Part shown: piece after piece, positions 10,144-18,769 of the stretch
Numbering within the stretch: the stretch's first letter is position 1
How the letters are laid out: the number at the start of each line of letters is the position of its first letter
Assembly: GCA_963847625.1 (NCBI GenBank)
Contig: CAWKAR010000049.1
Location: forward strand, 1 to 64,000
DNA: 64,000 bases
DNA from: a candidate division FCPU426 bacterium
GTDB taxonomy: Bacteria > Oederibacteriota > Muellerivitia > Muellerivitales > Muellerivitaceae
Direction of reading: 5' to 3'
Program-made: the position numbers and the translations under genes
Notes under the pieces: generated by a model
Database searches by the model: none
Seen by the model: the letters and a program-made list of their open reading frames with translations, nothing else
Told to the model about the DNA's origin: nothing

Positions 10144-11775
10144 TCATTTTTTCACCCCTGCCGGATTGGGAGAACAGGTACCGACGCCTTGAAACGGCTC
10201 CGGCGCGCCGGTCTTGATGGGTAAAACCTTTCCGGTGCTTGGGATGGAAGTAAAGGTCAACCCCCTTAAAGCCTCGACTTCCCGGGCCATGGCATTGAAA
10301 ATGGATGATGTATCCTCGAGGCCTATCTCACCCGCTTGAAGAGCCCGGCCCAAGCGGTAAATCCAAACGCAGGCTTCCACTGCGTCCGAGTTCGGGGGTT
10401 CAACAGCCGGTTGGAATCTTTGGAGTCTTCCGGTTGCGTTCACGTAGGTCCCAATCCTTTCCGTAAAAGGCAATATCGGAAAGACCATGGCCGCCTGCTG
10501 AGCCAAGGATGTTTGATGGGTGGAAAGGACAATGAGCGCCTTGACCTTCCCATATTTTTTTGGGGTTTCCGCCGTATCCCGGCCCGTGGGATCCGGATGT
10601 AGGAAGAGGACCGCTTTGAAATCCCCTTTTTCCATCCTGGCGAGGAACTTTTCATCCTCGAAGGGAATCTTCAATAGGTTTAAGCCCGCCTCGTTGGGAT
10701 ATTTTCCCGCGAGCCTCAGGATGGAATCGAAAGAACCTTTGGGGGATCCGGCGGTGGCCCTCAGGTTTTTGGGGTTGAATCTCTTATCAAACAATTTCCG
10801 AAGCGCGTACTGGTCCTCGAGCGTGGCGTAGGGGGAGGCGAATCCCGCAACCTCCTCTTTCGGGAGGCCCGAAAGCAGGACAGCCAGTTGATCGATGCCT
10901 TCCTGCAGGGACGTTTTCTTGTGGCCCAAGCGGATTTCCTCCAGGCGGTTCTGCTGGTATTGCTTGAAGGAGAACCGGCCTTCGTCGCAGATCCAGGTCT
11001 TGTTGAGGCCGGCATTTTCCCTGGGCATGAACCGATAGATTTTTCCCTGGTTGTGCTCCACAGTGATATTGCATCCCCTCGAACATCCGGGGCAGATGGA
11101 CTCGGTTTTTTTCAGGAGCCAAACCCTCTGCTTGAACCGGAATTCCTTCAGCGTGAGCGCGCCAACCGGGCACACATCCGCGACGTTTCCCGAATAGGGG
11201 TTGTCCAGACGCACGCCGGGGAATATGGTGAGCGTGGACTCGTGTCCCCGGCGCACGATTCCCAGTTCCGAGGTCTTGGGCACCTCATCCACGAAACGGA
11301 TGCACCGGGTGCAAAGCACGCAGCGTTCCTGGTCTAAAACCACGTGCTTCCCGATATCCTCGGCCTTGCCGCCCTTGAAATATCGCTCGACCCCACGCCG
11401 GAAATCGTAAAGCCCGTACTGCATGTACTGGTCCTGAAGTTTGCACTCCCCCGCTTTGTCGCAGATGGGGCAGTCCAGGGGATGGTCCAGCAGGAGCATT
11501 TCCAGGGCGGTCTTTTGGGCCTCCTTGGCCCGCGGGCTGTCGGTATGGATGACCATGCCCTCCGCTGCGTGGGTGTTGCAGCCGATGGCCAGCTGGGAAC
11601 CCTTTGGGCCCTCGATTTCCACCACGCAGGTTCGGCAATTGCCCGCTACCGGCAGGTATCGGTGGTAGCAAAAGTGTTCCAGGGGAATGCCGTTGGTAAT
11701 GGCCGCTTCCAGCACGTTCGTACCGTCAGGCACTTCCACTTTTTTTCCGTTGATGGTGATTTTCGCCACTTTCAA
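10144..11775 (-). CDS. nuoG: NADH-quinone oxidoreductase subunit G (short form, 543 aa)
   Basis: FCYH...GNCRTC, HPLDCPICDKAGECKLQD, CVLCTRC, CPVGAL, CPGCSRGC. Confidence 0.93.
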   Translation of the reverse strand: MKVAKITINGKKVEVPDGTNVLEAAITNGIPLEHFCYHRYLPVAGNCRTCVVEIEGPKGSQLAIGCNTHAAEGMVIHTDSPRAKEAQKTALEMLLLDHPLDCPICDKAGECKLQDQYMQYGLYDFRRGVERYFKGGKAEDIGKHVVLDQERCVLCTRCIRFVDEVPKTSELGIVRRGHESTLTIFPGVRLDNPYSGNVADVCPVGALTLKEFRFKQRVWLLKKTESICPGCSRGCNITVEHNQGKIYRFMPRENAGLNKTWICDEGRFSFKQYQQNRLEEIRLGHKKTSLQEGIDQLAVLLSGLPKEEVAGFASPYATLEDQYALRKLFDKRFNPKNLRATAGSPKGSFDSILRLAGKYPNEAGLNLLKIPFEDEKFLARMEKGDFKAVLFLHPDPTGRDTAETPKKYGKVKALIVLSTHQTSLAQQAAMVFPILPFTERIGTYVNATGRLQRFQPAVEPPNSDAVEACVWIYRLGRALQAGEIGLEDTSSIFNAMAREVEALRGLTFTSIPSTGKVLPIKTGAPEPFQGVGTCSPNPAGVKK

Positions 11776-13088
11776 ACCCCTTTTATTTCAGCCGGAACGG
11801 CTGTTAGGGATGGTTTGCAGAGCTTCTCGAAATCTGCCCGGAATTTCTTGATGAAGCTTCTCAAGGGCATGGAAAGAGCGGCCGCAAAGACGCAGATGGT
11901 GTGGCCTTCCATGTCGTCGGCGACTTCCAGCATCAGTTCTAGGTCCTTCGAAGTGCCTTCCCCGGAAAGAACCTTTTGCATCAGCCGGTGTTCCCAGGCC
12001 GTGCCCTCGCGGCAGGGGGTGCACTGACCGCAGGATTCGTGGGAATAAAAATGGGTCAGGTTCCCCAGGACCCGCGCCATGTCGGTGTGCTCGTTCAAAA
12101 CAATGGCGCAGCCGGTGCCCAGGAATGTCCCATGGTTGTGCATGCTTTCATAGGTGAGCAGGAGGTCCTCGCACTCCTTGGCCGTCAGGACGGGGCAGGA
12201 GGACCCGCCGGGGATGAGCGCCTTGAGACGCCCTCCCTTCACTCCCTTGCCGAATTTCTCGATGAACTCCATCACGGGCAGGCCGAACGGCATTTCCCAA
12301 TAGCCCGCCTGGCTCACATGGCCTGAAAGCCCGAAAACATGGGTGCCGGTGGAATCGGGTGTTCCGATGGAAGCATAGGCTTTCGCGCCGTTCTGGATGA
12401 TCCAGGGAACGGACGCGAGTGTCTTCACGTTGTTGACGATGGTGGGGCGCCGGAAAAGGCCCGCCGAAGCCGGAAAGGGCGGCTTGATACGGGGTTTGCC
12501 GGGTTTCCCTTCCATCGATTCCAACAACCCCGTTTCCTCACCGCAGATGTAGGCGCCCGCTCCCCGATGGACATAAACCTCCAGGTCGAAACCTGAGCCT
12601 TGTATGTTTTTCCCCAGGAAACCGGCCGTCTTGGCCTCGTCGATGGCTCCGTTCAACCGCCTCATTTCATCGAAGAATTCCCCCCGGATGTAGACATAGG
12701 CTTTATGGCAACCGATGGCGTAGCTGGCGCAGATCACCCCTTCCAAAAGCAAGTGGGGGTCGTTCAATAACATGTAACGGTCGGTAAAAGTGCCGGGTTC
12801 GCCCTCGTCGGCGTTCACCACCAGGTAAACGGGTTTTCCGGCGGCGGGAGGCACGAAAGACCACTTGGTGCCGGTGGGATACCCTGCGCCGCCGCGGCCC
12901 TTGAGACCTGAAGCCTTCACCTCTTTGATCACTTCCTGGGGTTTCATGTCAAAAAGCTTCTTCAAGGACGCGTAACCACCTGTGGATAAAGATCCCTTCA
13001 AGGTGTGGCTGTCCTTCAACCCGAAGCGTTTCGTCAATTGGGGTTCAACCCATTTTAATTCTCCAAGATTGAAGGTTAGTTGTGTCAT
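11772..13088 (-). CDS. nuoF: NADH-quinone oxidoreductase subunit F
   Basis: GLKGRGGAGYPTG, GAGAYICGEET, ESCGQCTPCREG. Confidence 0.96.
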   Translation of the reverse strand: MTQLTFNLGELKWVEPQLTKRFGLKDSHTLKGSLSTGGYASLKKLFDMKPQEVIKEVKASGLKGRGGAGYPTGTKWSFVPPAAGKPVYLVVNADEGEPGTFTDRYMLLNDPHLLLEGVICASYAIGCHKAYVYIRGEFFDEMRRLNGAIDEAKTAGFLGKNIQGSGFDLEVYVHRGAGAYICGEETGLLESMEGKPGKPRIKPPFPASAGLFRRPTIVNNVKTLASVPWIIQNGAKAYASIGTPDSTGTHVFGLSGHVSQAGYWEMPFGLPVMEFIEKFGKGVKGGRLKALIPGGSSCPVLTAKECEDLLLTYESMHNHGTFLGTGCAIVLNEHTDMARVLGNLTHFYSHESCGQCTPCREGTAWEHRLMQKVLSGEGTSKDLELMLEVADDMEGHTICVFAAALSMPLRSFIKKFRADFEKLCKPSLTAVPAEIKGV

Positions 13089-13142
13089 AGTTGAACTTGA
13101 CGAAAAAATCTAAAAGGAATTTTTTCCCCATGCGGTAAAAAA

Positions 13143-13637
13143 TTAAACCTTTTCATTCCGGTCCTCTTTTAATTTTTTAATTAATTTTCCGACTTTTTCC
13201 GGTGTCAGATTCTCGTGGTATTCGTCGTTCACCCGCATGCAGGGCCCGGTGTGGCAGGAAGCCAGGCACTCCACCGGTTGGTAGCTGAAAAGGCCGTCGG
13301 GCGTGGTTTCTCCCGGCTTCAGGCCCAAAACCCTTTCGAGGGTTTTTTGGATTTCCTCGGCCCCGTTCAGGACGCAGGAGAGGGTTTGACAGACCTGCAA
13401 GTTGTATTTGCCCGGCTTTTTCTTGTGGTACAGGGTGTAGAACTCTGCCACTTCCAGGGCCTGGACCGGCGAAACGCCCACCAGGCTTGCGGTCGCCTCC
13501 AATACGTCGTTCGGCAGCCAACCGAAGTCCCTCTGGGCGAGCCAAAGCGCGGGCAATAGGGCCGCCCTGCGGACCGGATACCGGGCCGCGATGGCTTCGA
13601 ATTCCTTGACGGTTTCTGGTTTGAACGCCACAGCCAT
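13143..13637 (-). CDS. nuoE: NADH-quinone oxidoreductase subunit E
   Basis: CQTLSC...ECLASC 2Fe-2S motif; start taken at MAVAFKPE (13637). Confidence 0.94.
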   Translation of the reverse strand: MAVAFKPETVKEFEAIAARYPVRRAALLPALWLAQRDFGWLPNDVLEATASLVGVSPVQALEVAEFYTLYHKKKPGKYNLQVCQTLSCVLNGAEEIQKTLERVLGLKPGETTPDGLFSYQPVECLASCHTGPCMRVNDEYHENLTPEKVGKLIKKLKEDRNEKV

Positions 13638-13713
13638 TTTCAATTTTCCTTTTTTCTTACAAAAATCCTGAGGCAAGCATCCCTTACAACAAGTAAAAGC
13701 AAAAAGACATGGA

Positions 13714-13803
13714 ACCGCCGATCAAATCCGATGGACGCCGATAAGTTTGAGAAAGCCTTAAACTATAAGCCGTTATCGGCGTTTATCGGTCGTTATCTGC
13801 GGT
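13714..13803. repeat. Imperfect long palindrome in the nuoD-nuoE spacer
   Basis: ACCGCCGATCAAATCCGATGGACGCCGATAA pairs with TTATCGGCGTTTATCGGTCGTTATCTGCGGT. Confidence 0.7.
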
Positions 13804-13853
13804 AAATAAATTTCTTTACGTGTCGTGAAGGTATAGTCACCTCCTAATTTTGT

Positions 13854-15101
13854 TCAACGATCAAGCTCGCCCGCGATGATATTGATGGACCCCAGGTTCA
13901 CGATGGCGTCGGCGACCATGGACCCCTCGATCATCTCGTGGAACGCGGCGAAGTTCATGAAACAGGGGGGGCGGCATTTCACCCGGTAGGGGTTCTTTCC
14001 CCCCTCAGAAACGATATAGAACCCCAATTCCCCGTTGGCGGCCTCGCTGGCGTCGTAGATCTCACCCGGTGGCGGGCAGATGCCGTGCATGATGATTTTG
14101 AAATGGTTCATCAACCCTTCGATATTGCCGTAGGTTTGAGCCTTGGGGGGCAGGGCCACCCTCTTGTCGTCGCTCATGACCGGGCCGCCCGGCATCTTTC
14201 GGAGGGCCTGCTCGATGATGGAAGCGGACTCCTCGATCTCGTACAGGCGCACAAAGATGCGGTCGAATACGTCCCCGCGGGTCCCGACCGGCACGTCGAA
14301 CTTGAAGTTCTCATAATGGTAATAGGGTTCCGCTTTTCGCAGGTCGTAATCCACTCCGCAGGCCCTTAAAGTCGGCCCGGTCCAGCCGTAGGAAAGCGCC
14401 CTTTCCTTGGAGATCACGCAGACCCCTTGGGTTCGGTCGATGAAAATGCGGTTGTTTTCCACCAGTTTCCGCACGTCCGAGAGGCTTTCCCGCACGGCCT
14501 TCAGGACCGCTCGAACTTCGTCCCCAAAAGCAGGATAGGCATCCCTCATCAGGCCGCCGATTCGGGTATAACTGGAGGTCAACCTGGCCCCGCAGAGTTT
14601 TTCGAGGATGTCGTAGACTTTCTCCCGGACGTTGAAGAAATACCAGAAATTGGTCAAGGCCCCCATGTCCAGGAGGTTGGCTCCCACGCAAACCTGGTGA
14701 TCAATGATGCGGTTCAACTCGCAGACAATCATCCGGATGAAGGCCGCCCGCTCGGGGATTTCAATATGGAGCATGCGTTCCACCGCTTTGCAGTAACCCA
14801 CGTTGTTCATGATTGCTGAGACGTAGTTGAGCCGGTCGGTGTAGGGGATCACCTGCTGGAAGGTGTGGGCCTCGCAGTCCTTCTCAAAACCCCGGTGAAG
14901 GTAGCCCTGCTCGGTGATCGCCCCTACGATGGTTTCCCCGTCCAAGGCGCAGAGCACCCTGAGGGCCCCGTGGGTAGCTGGGTGGCTGGGACCCAGGTTC
15001 ACGAAAACCAGGTCTTTTTTTTCCTGGGGCCCGGAAAAGTCCAGCCCGGACGCGGAATCGGTCAAGGGAAGAAGAGTCTTGAGGTCAAGGGAGGGGCTCA
15101 T
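13854..15101 (-). CDS. nuoD: NADH-quinone oxidoreductase subunit D
   Basis: NLGPSHPATHGALR, GYLHRGFEK, YTDRLNY, C-terminal GELDR. Confidence 0.96.
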   Translation of the reverse strand: MSPSLDLKTLLPLTDSASGLDFSGPQEKKDLVFVNLGPSHPATHGALRVLCALDGETIVGAITEQGYLHRGFEKDCEAHTFQQVIPYTDRLNYVSAIMNNVGYCKAVERMLHIEIPERAAFIRMIVCELNRIIDHQVCVGANLLDMGALTNFWYFFNVREKVYDILEKLCGARLTSSYTRIGGLMRDAYPAFGDEVRAVLKAVRESLSDVRKLVENNRIFIDRTQGVCVISKERALSYGWTGPTLRACGVDYDLRKAEPYYHYENFKFDVPVGTRGDVFDRIFVRLYEIEESASIIEQALRKMPGGPVMSDDKRVALPPKAQTYGNIEGLMNHFKIIMHGICPPPGEIYDASEAANGELGFYIVSEGGKNPYRVKCRPPCFMNFAAFHEMIEGSMVADAIVNLGSINIIAGELDR

Positions 15102-15637
15102 TGAAACCCCTTGGTCCTGAGGCGCGCGTCCATTTCATCCATCAGGGACTCGTTGTTGGAAAGCCATTGGCGCTTGGTGATGGGGTAATCCTTGCGCAGG
15201 GGGTGCCCCACAAACTCATGGTGGTTCAGGATGCGCTTCAGGTTGGGATGGCCCGTAAAACGCACGCCCATTTGGTCGAAAGCTTCCCTCTCCAGCCTTT
15301 CCGCGTTGGCGAAAAGCGGAGTCAAGGTCGGGACGGCCGGGTCCTCCTCCGGCACCAGGACCTTCAATTGGAGGCGGTATCCCAGGGTGGTGGATTTGAA
15401 CAGGTAGGCTAGGCCGAACCGATCTCCTTCCCAGCCGGGGTAGGCCGAATAGTCGATGGAAACCAGGTCGACGAGCATATTCATTTGGAAATCAACGTCG
15501 TTCCGGAGGGTTTTCACGACCTCCTCAAGACGTATCCGATCCACCCGGATTTCTAAGCGGCCGAACCGGTCCTGCGAACCCAGGATAGCGGCGGAGTGTT
15601 TCTGTTTTAGTTTTTCCAGGATCAAACTATTTTCCAT
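15098..15637 (-). CDS. nuoC: NADH-quinone oxidoreductase subunit C
   Basis: EREAFDQMGVRFTGHPNLKRIL...GHPLRKDYP; start taken at MENSLIL (15637). Confidence 0.94.
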   Translation of the reverse strand: MENSLILEKLKQKHSAAILGSQDRFGRLEIRVDRIRLEEVVKTLRNDVDFQMNMLVDLVSIDYSAYPGWEGDRFGLAYLFKSTTLGYRLQLKVLVPEEDPAVPTLTPLFANAERLEREAFDQMGVRFTGHPNLKRILNHHEFVGHPLRKDYPITKRQWLSNNESLMDEMDARLRTKGFQ

Positions 15638-15826
15638 GCGAAAATCAAACCCTTTCACAAAGTGGGCTGGGTTTATATGAAGACAACCTTATTTTGGGTC
15701 ATCTTTTCCCCTCGATTAAATCAACGCAAAAAATCATTGTTGTCCAAATAAAACAAAATCTAGTGAACAAAGATAAATAAAATCAGGAATTCTTAAGCCT
15801 AAAAGTCGTTAAGCAAAACCTTGTCT

Positions 15827-15924
15827 TAGCCACGGATTCAGGGGATGCATTTAGATTGGCCAAAGAAAAAGGCTTTAAATATTTATGTTTATTAAATCCC
15901 ATGAATCCCATGCATCCGTGGCTA
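15827..15924. repeat. Imperfect long palindrome in the nuoB-nuoC spacer
   Basis: TAGCCACGGAT...ATCCGTGGCTA terminal inverted repeat with partial internal pairing. Confidence 0.65.
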
Positions 15925-15952
15925 GGTTATTTTGGACAGGTGTGGCAAAAAA

Positions 15953-16455
15953 TCAATAATCAAACTTTGGTTCTTTCACTTGGAACTGGGCCTGCGGCGT
16001 GGTCTTGGAATTGGCGATCTTGTGCTGTAGCTTCATCACCGCCTCCAGGATGGCCTCGGGCCGGGGGGACAGCCGGCAATGTATACATCCACCGGCACCA
16101 CCTGGTCGATTCCCTGCAAGGTACAGTAGTTGTTGTAAAACCCGCCGGAAGAGGCGCAGACCCCCATGGAAATGACCCACTTGGGATCGGGCATTTGGTC
16201 GTAGACCTGCCTGAGAATCGGCGCTTGCTTGAAGGTGACGGTACCCGCCACGATCAGCAGGTCCGCCTGGCGGGGGGAAAACCGGAGAAGTTCGGATCCG
16301 AAGCGTGAAATATCGAACACCGAGGCGGCCACGCTCATGAACTCGATGGCGCAACAGGCAGTGCCAAACGCCATGGGCCAAAGGGAATTCTTCCTGCCCC
16401 AATCGGCCACCGCGTCCAGGCGCGTGGTGATATACGGGATTTCCTCTATTCCCAT
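15953..16455 (-). CDS. nuoB: NADH-quinone oxidoreductase subunit B, with a 1-nt frameshift at the G6 run 16063-16068
   Basis: MGIEE...GTACCAIE...RFSPRQAD...[10 protein letters not shown] is in one frame and [13 protein letters not shown] in the adjacent frame; adding one C restores GCPPRPE. Confidence 0.93.
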
Positions 16456-16823
16456 TCCAGCGCCCCCCTCTTCAGGAGGTAATACCAGCCGAAAGCCAGC
16501 ACCCCCAGGAAACCCAGCATGGAAAAGAAGCCGCCCCATGCAAGCTTTTGGAAGATCACCGCCCAGGGAAACAGAAATACGATTTCCACGTCGAAAACCA
16601 GGAAACACATGGCGACCAGGTAGAATTTGACGTTGAACCGGCAGCGGGCATCACCTGCCTGGGCCGGGGGTTGGATCCCGCATTCATAGGTGGAAAGCTT
16701 TGCCGGATTGGCGTTCCGGGGTCCTAATAGGAAGGAAACTACGATCATACCAAGGGGGACCAAGAGGGCGAGGATGAGGGCCAAAACAAATGGGTATAAG
16801 TTCTCTATGAACCCGGAATTCAT
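16446..16823 (-). CDS. nuoA: NADH-quinone oxidoreductase subunit A
   Basis: [38 protein letters not shown]. Confidence 0.96.
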   Translation of the reverse strand: MNSGFIENLYPFVLALILALLVPLGMIVVSFLLGPRNANPAKLSTYECGIQPPAQAGDARCRFNVKFYLVAMCFLVFDVEIVFLFPWAVIFQKLAWGGFFSMLGFLGVLAFGWYYLLKRGALEWE

Positions 16824-16885
16824 CTGGCTCCCCCTGTTTCAACCCGTTTCCGCCTGCTTTATTAAAGCAGCAACATTAACAACGA

Positions 16886-16915
16886 ATTATAGGTTTTTCA
16901 TGGATAGGGGGTCAA
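16886..16915 (-). promoter_or_regulatory. Putative sigma70 promoter of the nuo operon
   Basis: Minus strand TTGACC-N18-TATAAT, about 60 bp upstream of the nuoA ATG. Confidence 0.65.
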
Positions 16916-16980
16916 TGCGGGGAGGGTAATAAAGCCCGCCCGTGCCCTTTGATCTTGCTCAGGGCAGGCTGATGGTGTTT

Positions 16981-17325
16981 CTGGCCCGAGTGAACCGGGT
17001 TTTCGGCCTAGTGAACTGGGTTTTCAGTCCGAGTGAACCGGGTTTTTGACCTAGTGAACTGGGTTTTCCGCCCCAGTGAACCGGGTTTTTAGCTTAGTGA
17101 ACCGGGTTTCCGGTCCGAGTGAACCGGGTTTTGGGCCCAAGTGAACCGGGTTTTAGGCCTAGTGAACTGGGTTTTTGGCCAGTGAACCGGGTTTTTGACC
17201 TAGTGAACTGGGTTTTCGGGCTAGTGAACTGGATTTCCGGCCTCTGCGGGCAGGGCTCCGGCACCTGCGGGCAGGGCCCTCGACCCATGCCGACGGTGGT
17301 TCCGGCCCAGTGAACTGGGTTCCCG
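16981..17325. repeat. Tandem array of 12 units (20-22 bp) with core AGTGAACYGGGTTT, plus one detached copy
   Basis: Core starts at 16989, 17010, 17032, 17053, 17075, 17096, 17118, 17140, 17161, 17181, 17202, 17223 and 17309. Confidence 0.95.
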
Positions 17326-17370
17326 GCCCATACCGGTAGGCGGCATCCCTCATGCGGGTAAGCGGCATAT

Positions 17371-17444
17371 GGTCGCGGGAATGGACAAAAGCGGCTGTGG
17401 CTTTAATCGGGGGTGAATGGGTTCAAAGCCCCAAAGTAACGAAT
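17371..17444 (+). repeat. Direct repeat copy A (~73 bp), left flank of the CBM/GH cluster
   Basis: GGTCGCGGGAATGGACAAAAGCGGCTGTGG...GTTCAAAG...AAAGTAACGAAT aligns with 24680-24752. Confidence 0.8.
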
Positions 17445-17581
17445 TATGGGCGGATGGTGAGTAACGTTGAACGGCCCGCGGTAAGCAAGGCCGAACCGTT
17501 CGACACGCTCACCGCATGCCACTGACCCCTTCCCTCACGGGCAATCTTCATCGTAAAATTTTAGTTAAAACCCCTGCTTAT

Positions 17582-18610
17582 TTATCGGCTGCCCAGGTCG
17601 GTGATCCTAACGTTGCCCAAAGTGATGGTGCTTTTCACCTGCCCGCCGAATTCGAACGCGAAATTCGCAACGGGGTCCGTGTCGTGCCGCATGATAAAAG
17701 TATAGGAATATTTCTTGTTGTTTCCGGTCAGTTTAAAGTACCGGAACCCCGAATATTCGGTGTACGGATCCCGATTCAGCAGCACCAAACTTTTCAATCG
17801 GATGGGCGGGCTGGACTTGGCCTCAAATTCGACTTGATAGAAGCGGTCCTTTTCGATCTTGACGCCGGGATTCGACAATCCCAAGGACCATATCAAGGTT
17901 CCCGGGTCGGTAATTTTGACCTGGCCCCTGCCGTTGATCACCGCGAATTCGCCCTTGCCGGTCTGGTTTTTCCAGAGGACCCACCCTTGTTGTCCCTGGC
18001 TGAAATCCGCATTCACTTGCCGGACAAGACTGGCGGCTGAAGTTGCGCCGGCGGCCGGCGGGGCCGGTGCGGTTCCTACCGCTTCCACAGGCCCGATTTC
18101 CACGACTGAATCGCCCGCGATCTGGGGTGAGAAATTCATGGCCTTGATCGTGGTGAGGTCCATGGGATGCCCCAAGGCCGCGTCCGGCGCGGTGTAATAG
18201 GGGTTCTTGTTGAGGGAGGATAAGGGCACTGTGACTTCCATCCATTCCTTTGCGGAAACCGTAAAGCGGGTGGTGTATTGCACGTCATAACCGTCAGTCA
18301 ATCCAATCTCCACTTGACCGGCCACATTAGACTTGACCTTGAACTGGAGGGATTTGTTCTTGGAAAGGTCCACGTAAAGATTGCGCCATATCCCGCACCA
18401 GCCGCCCCGGACTATTTTGGACGTCAGCTTGATGGCTTTGGCCCCGCCAGGCCCGGCCTCGGAGGCGAGCTCGATCTTGGAGCCCAGGGTGTCCGCGTAG
18501 GGGCCCGCGTCAAACCCCGGGTTTATGGTGTTCCAATCCTCGATGACCGCCGCGAAAACCGGCGACGACAGGATGAACCAAACAGCCAAGAAAGCTGGCA
18601 TTTTTTTCAT
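17582..18610 (-). CDS. Secreted carbohydrate-binding protein (CBM11/CIA30-like + CBM4/9-like)
   Basis: Signal peptide; N-terminal module VIEDW...GGWCG.WR...KNPYY..P; Ala/Pro linker; second beta-sandwich with NADFSQGQQGW; no catalytic motif seen. Confidence 0.75.
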   Translation of the reverse strand: MKKMPAFLAVWFILSSPVFAAVIEDWNTINPGFDAGPYADTLGSKIELASEAGPGGAKAIKLTSKIVRGGWCGIWRNLYVDLSKNKSLQFKVKSNVAGQVEIGLTDGYDVQYTTRFTVSAKEWMEVTVPLSSLNKNPYYTAPDAALGHPMDLTTIKAMNFSPQIAGDSVVEIGPVEAVGTAPAPPAAGATSAASLVRQVNADFSQGQQGWVLWKNQTGKGEFAVINGRGQVKITDPGTLIWSLGLSNPGVKIEKDRFYQVEFEAKSSPPIRLKSLVLLNRDPYTEYSGFRYFKLTGNNKKYSYTFIMRHDTDPVANFAFEFGGQVKSTITLGNVRITDLGSR

Positions 18611-18769
18611 TTCCCGTCTCCTGAAACCTCTGAAAAATTATAAAAAGCGACCAACAGAGGTTTCGACCCTAAAGATTTCCGCAGGAAATCGTGGGGTTTC
18701 CATAAATGTTTTTCTGAAAAAGGTGGCGATAGCCGACTTTTTCAGTGGTTACAAATTTAAAAAAACATC

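Noticed and set aside
10144..11775. nuoG as a truncated pseudogene
   Set aside because: All Fe-S motifs are present in one continuous ORF, and short C-terminal NuoG forms are known.
16981..17325. CRISPR array
   Set aside because: Period is only 20-22 bp with linkers of about 6-8 nt, and there are no cas genes in the window.
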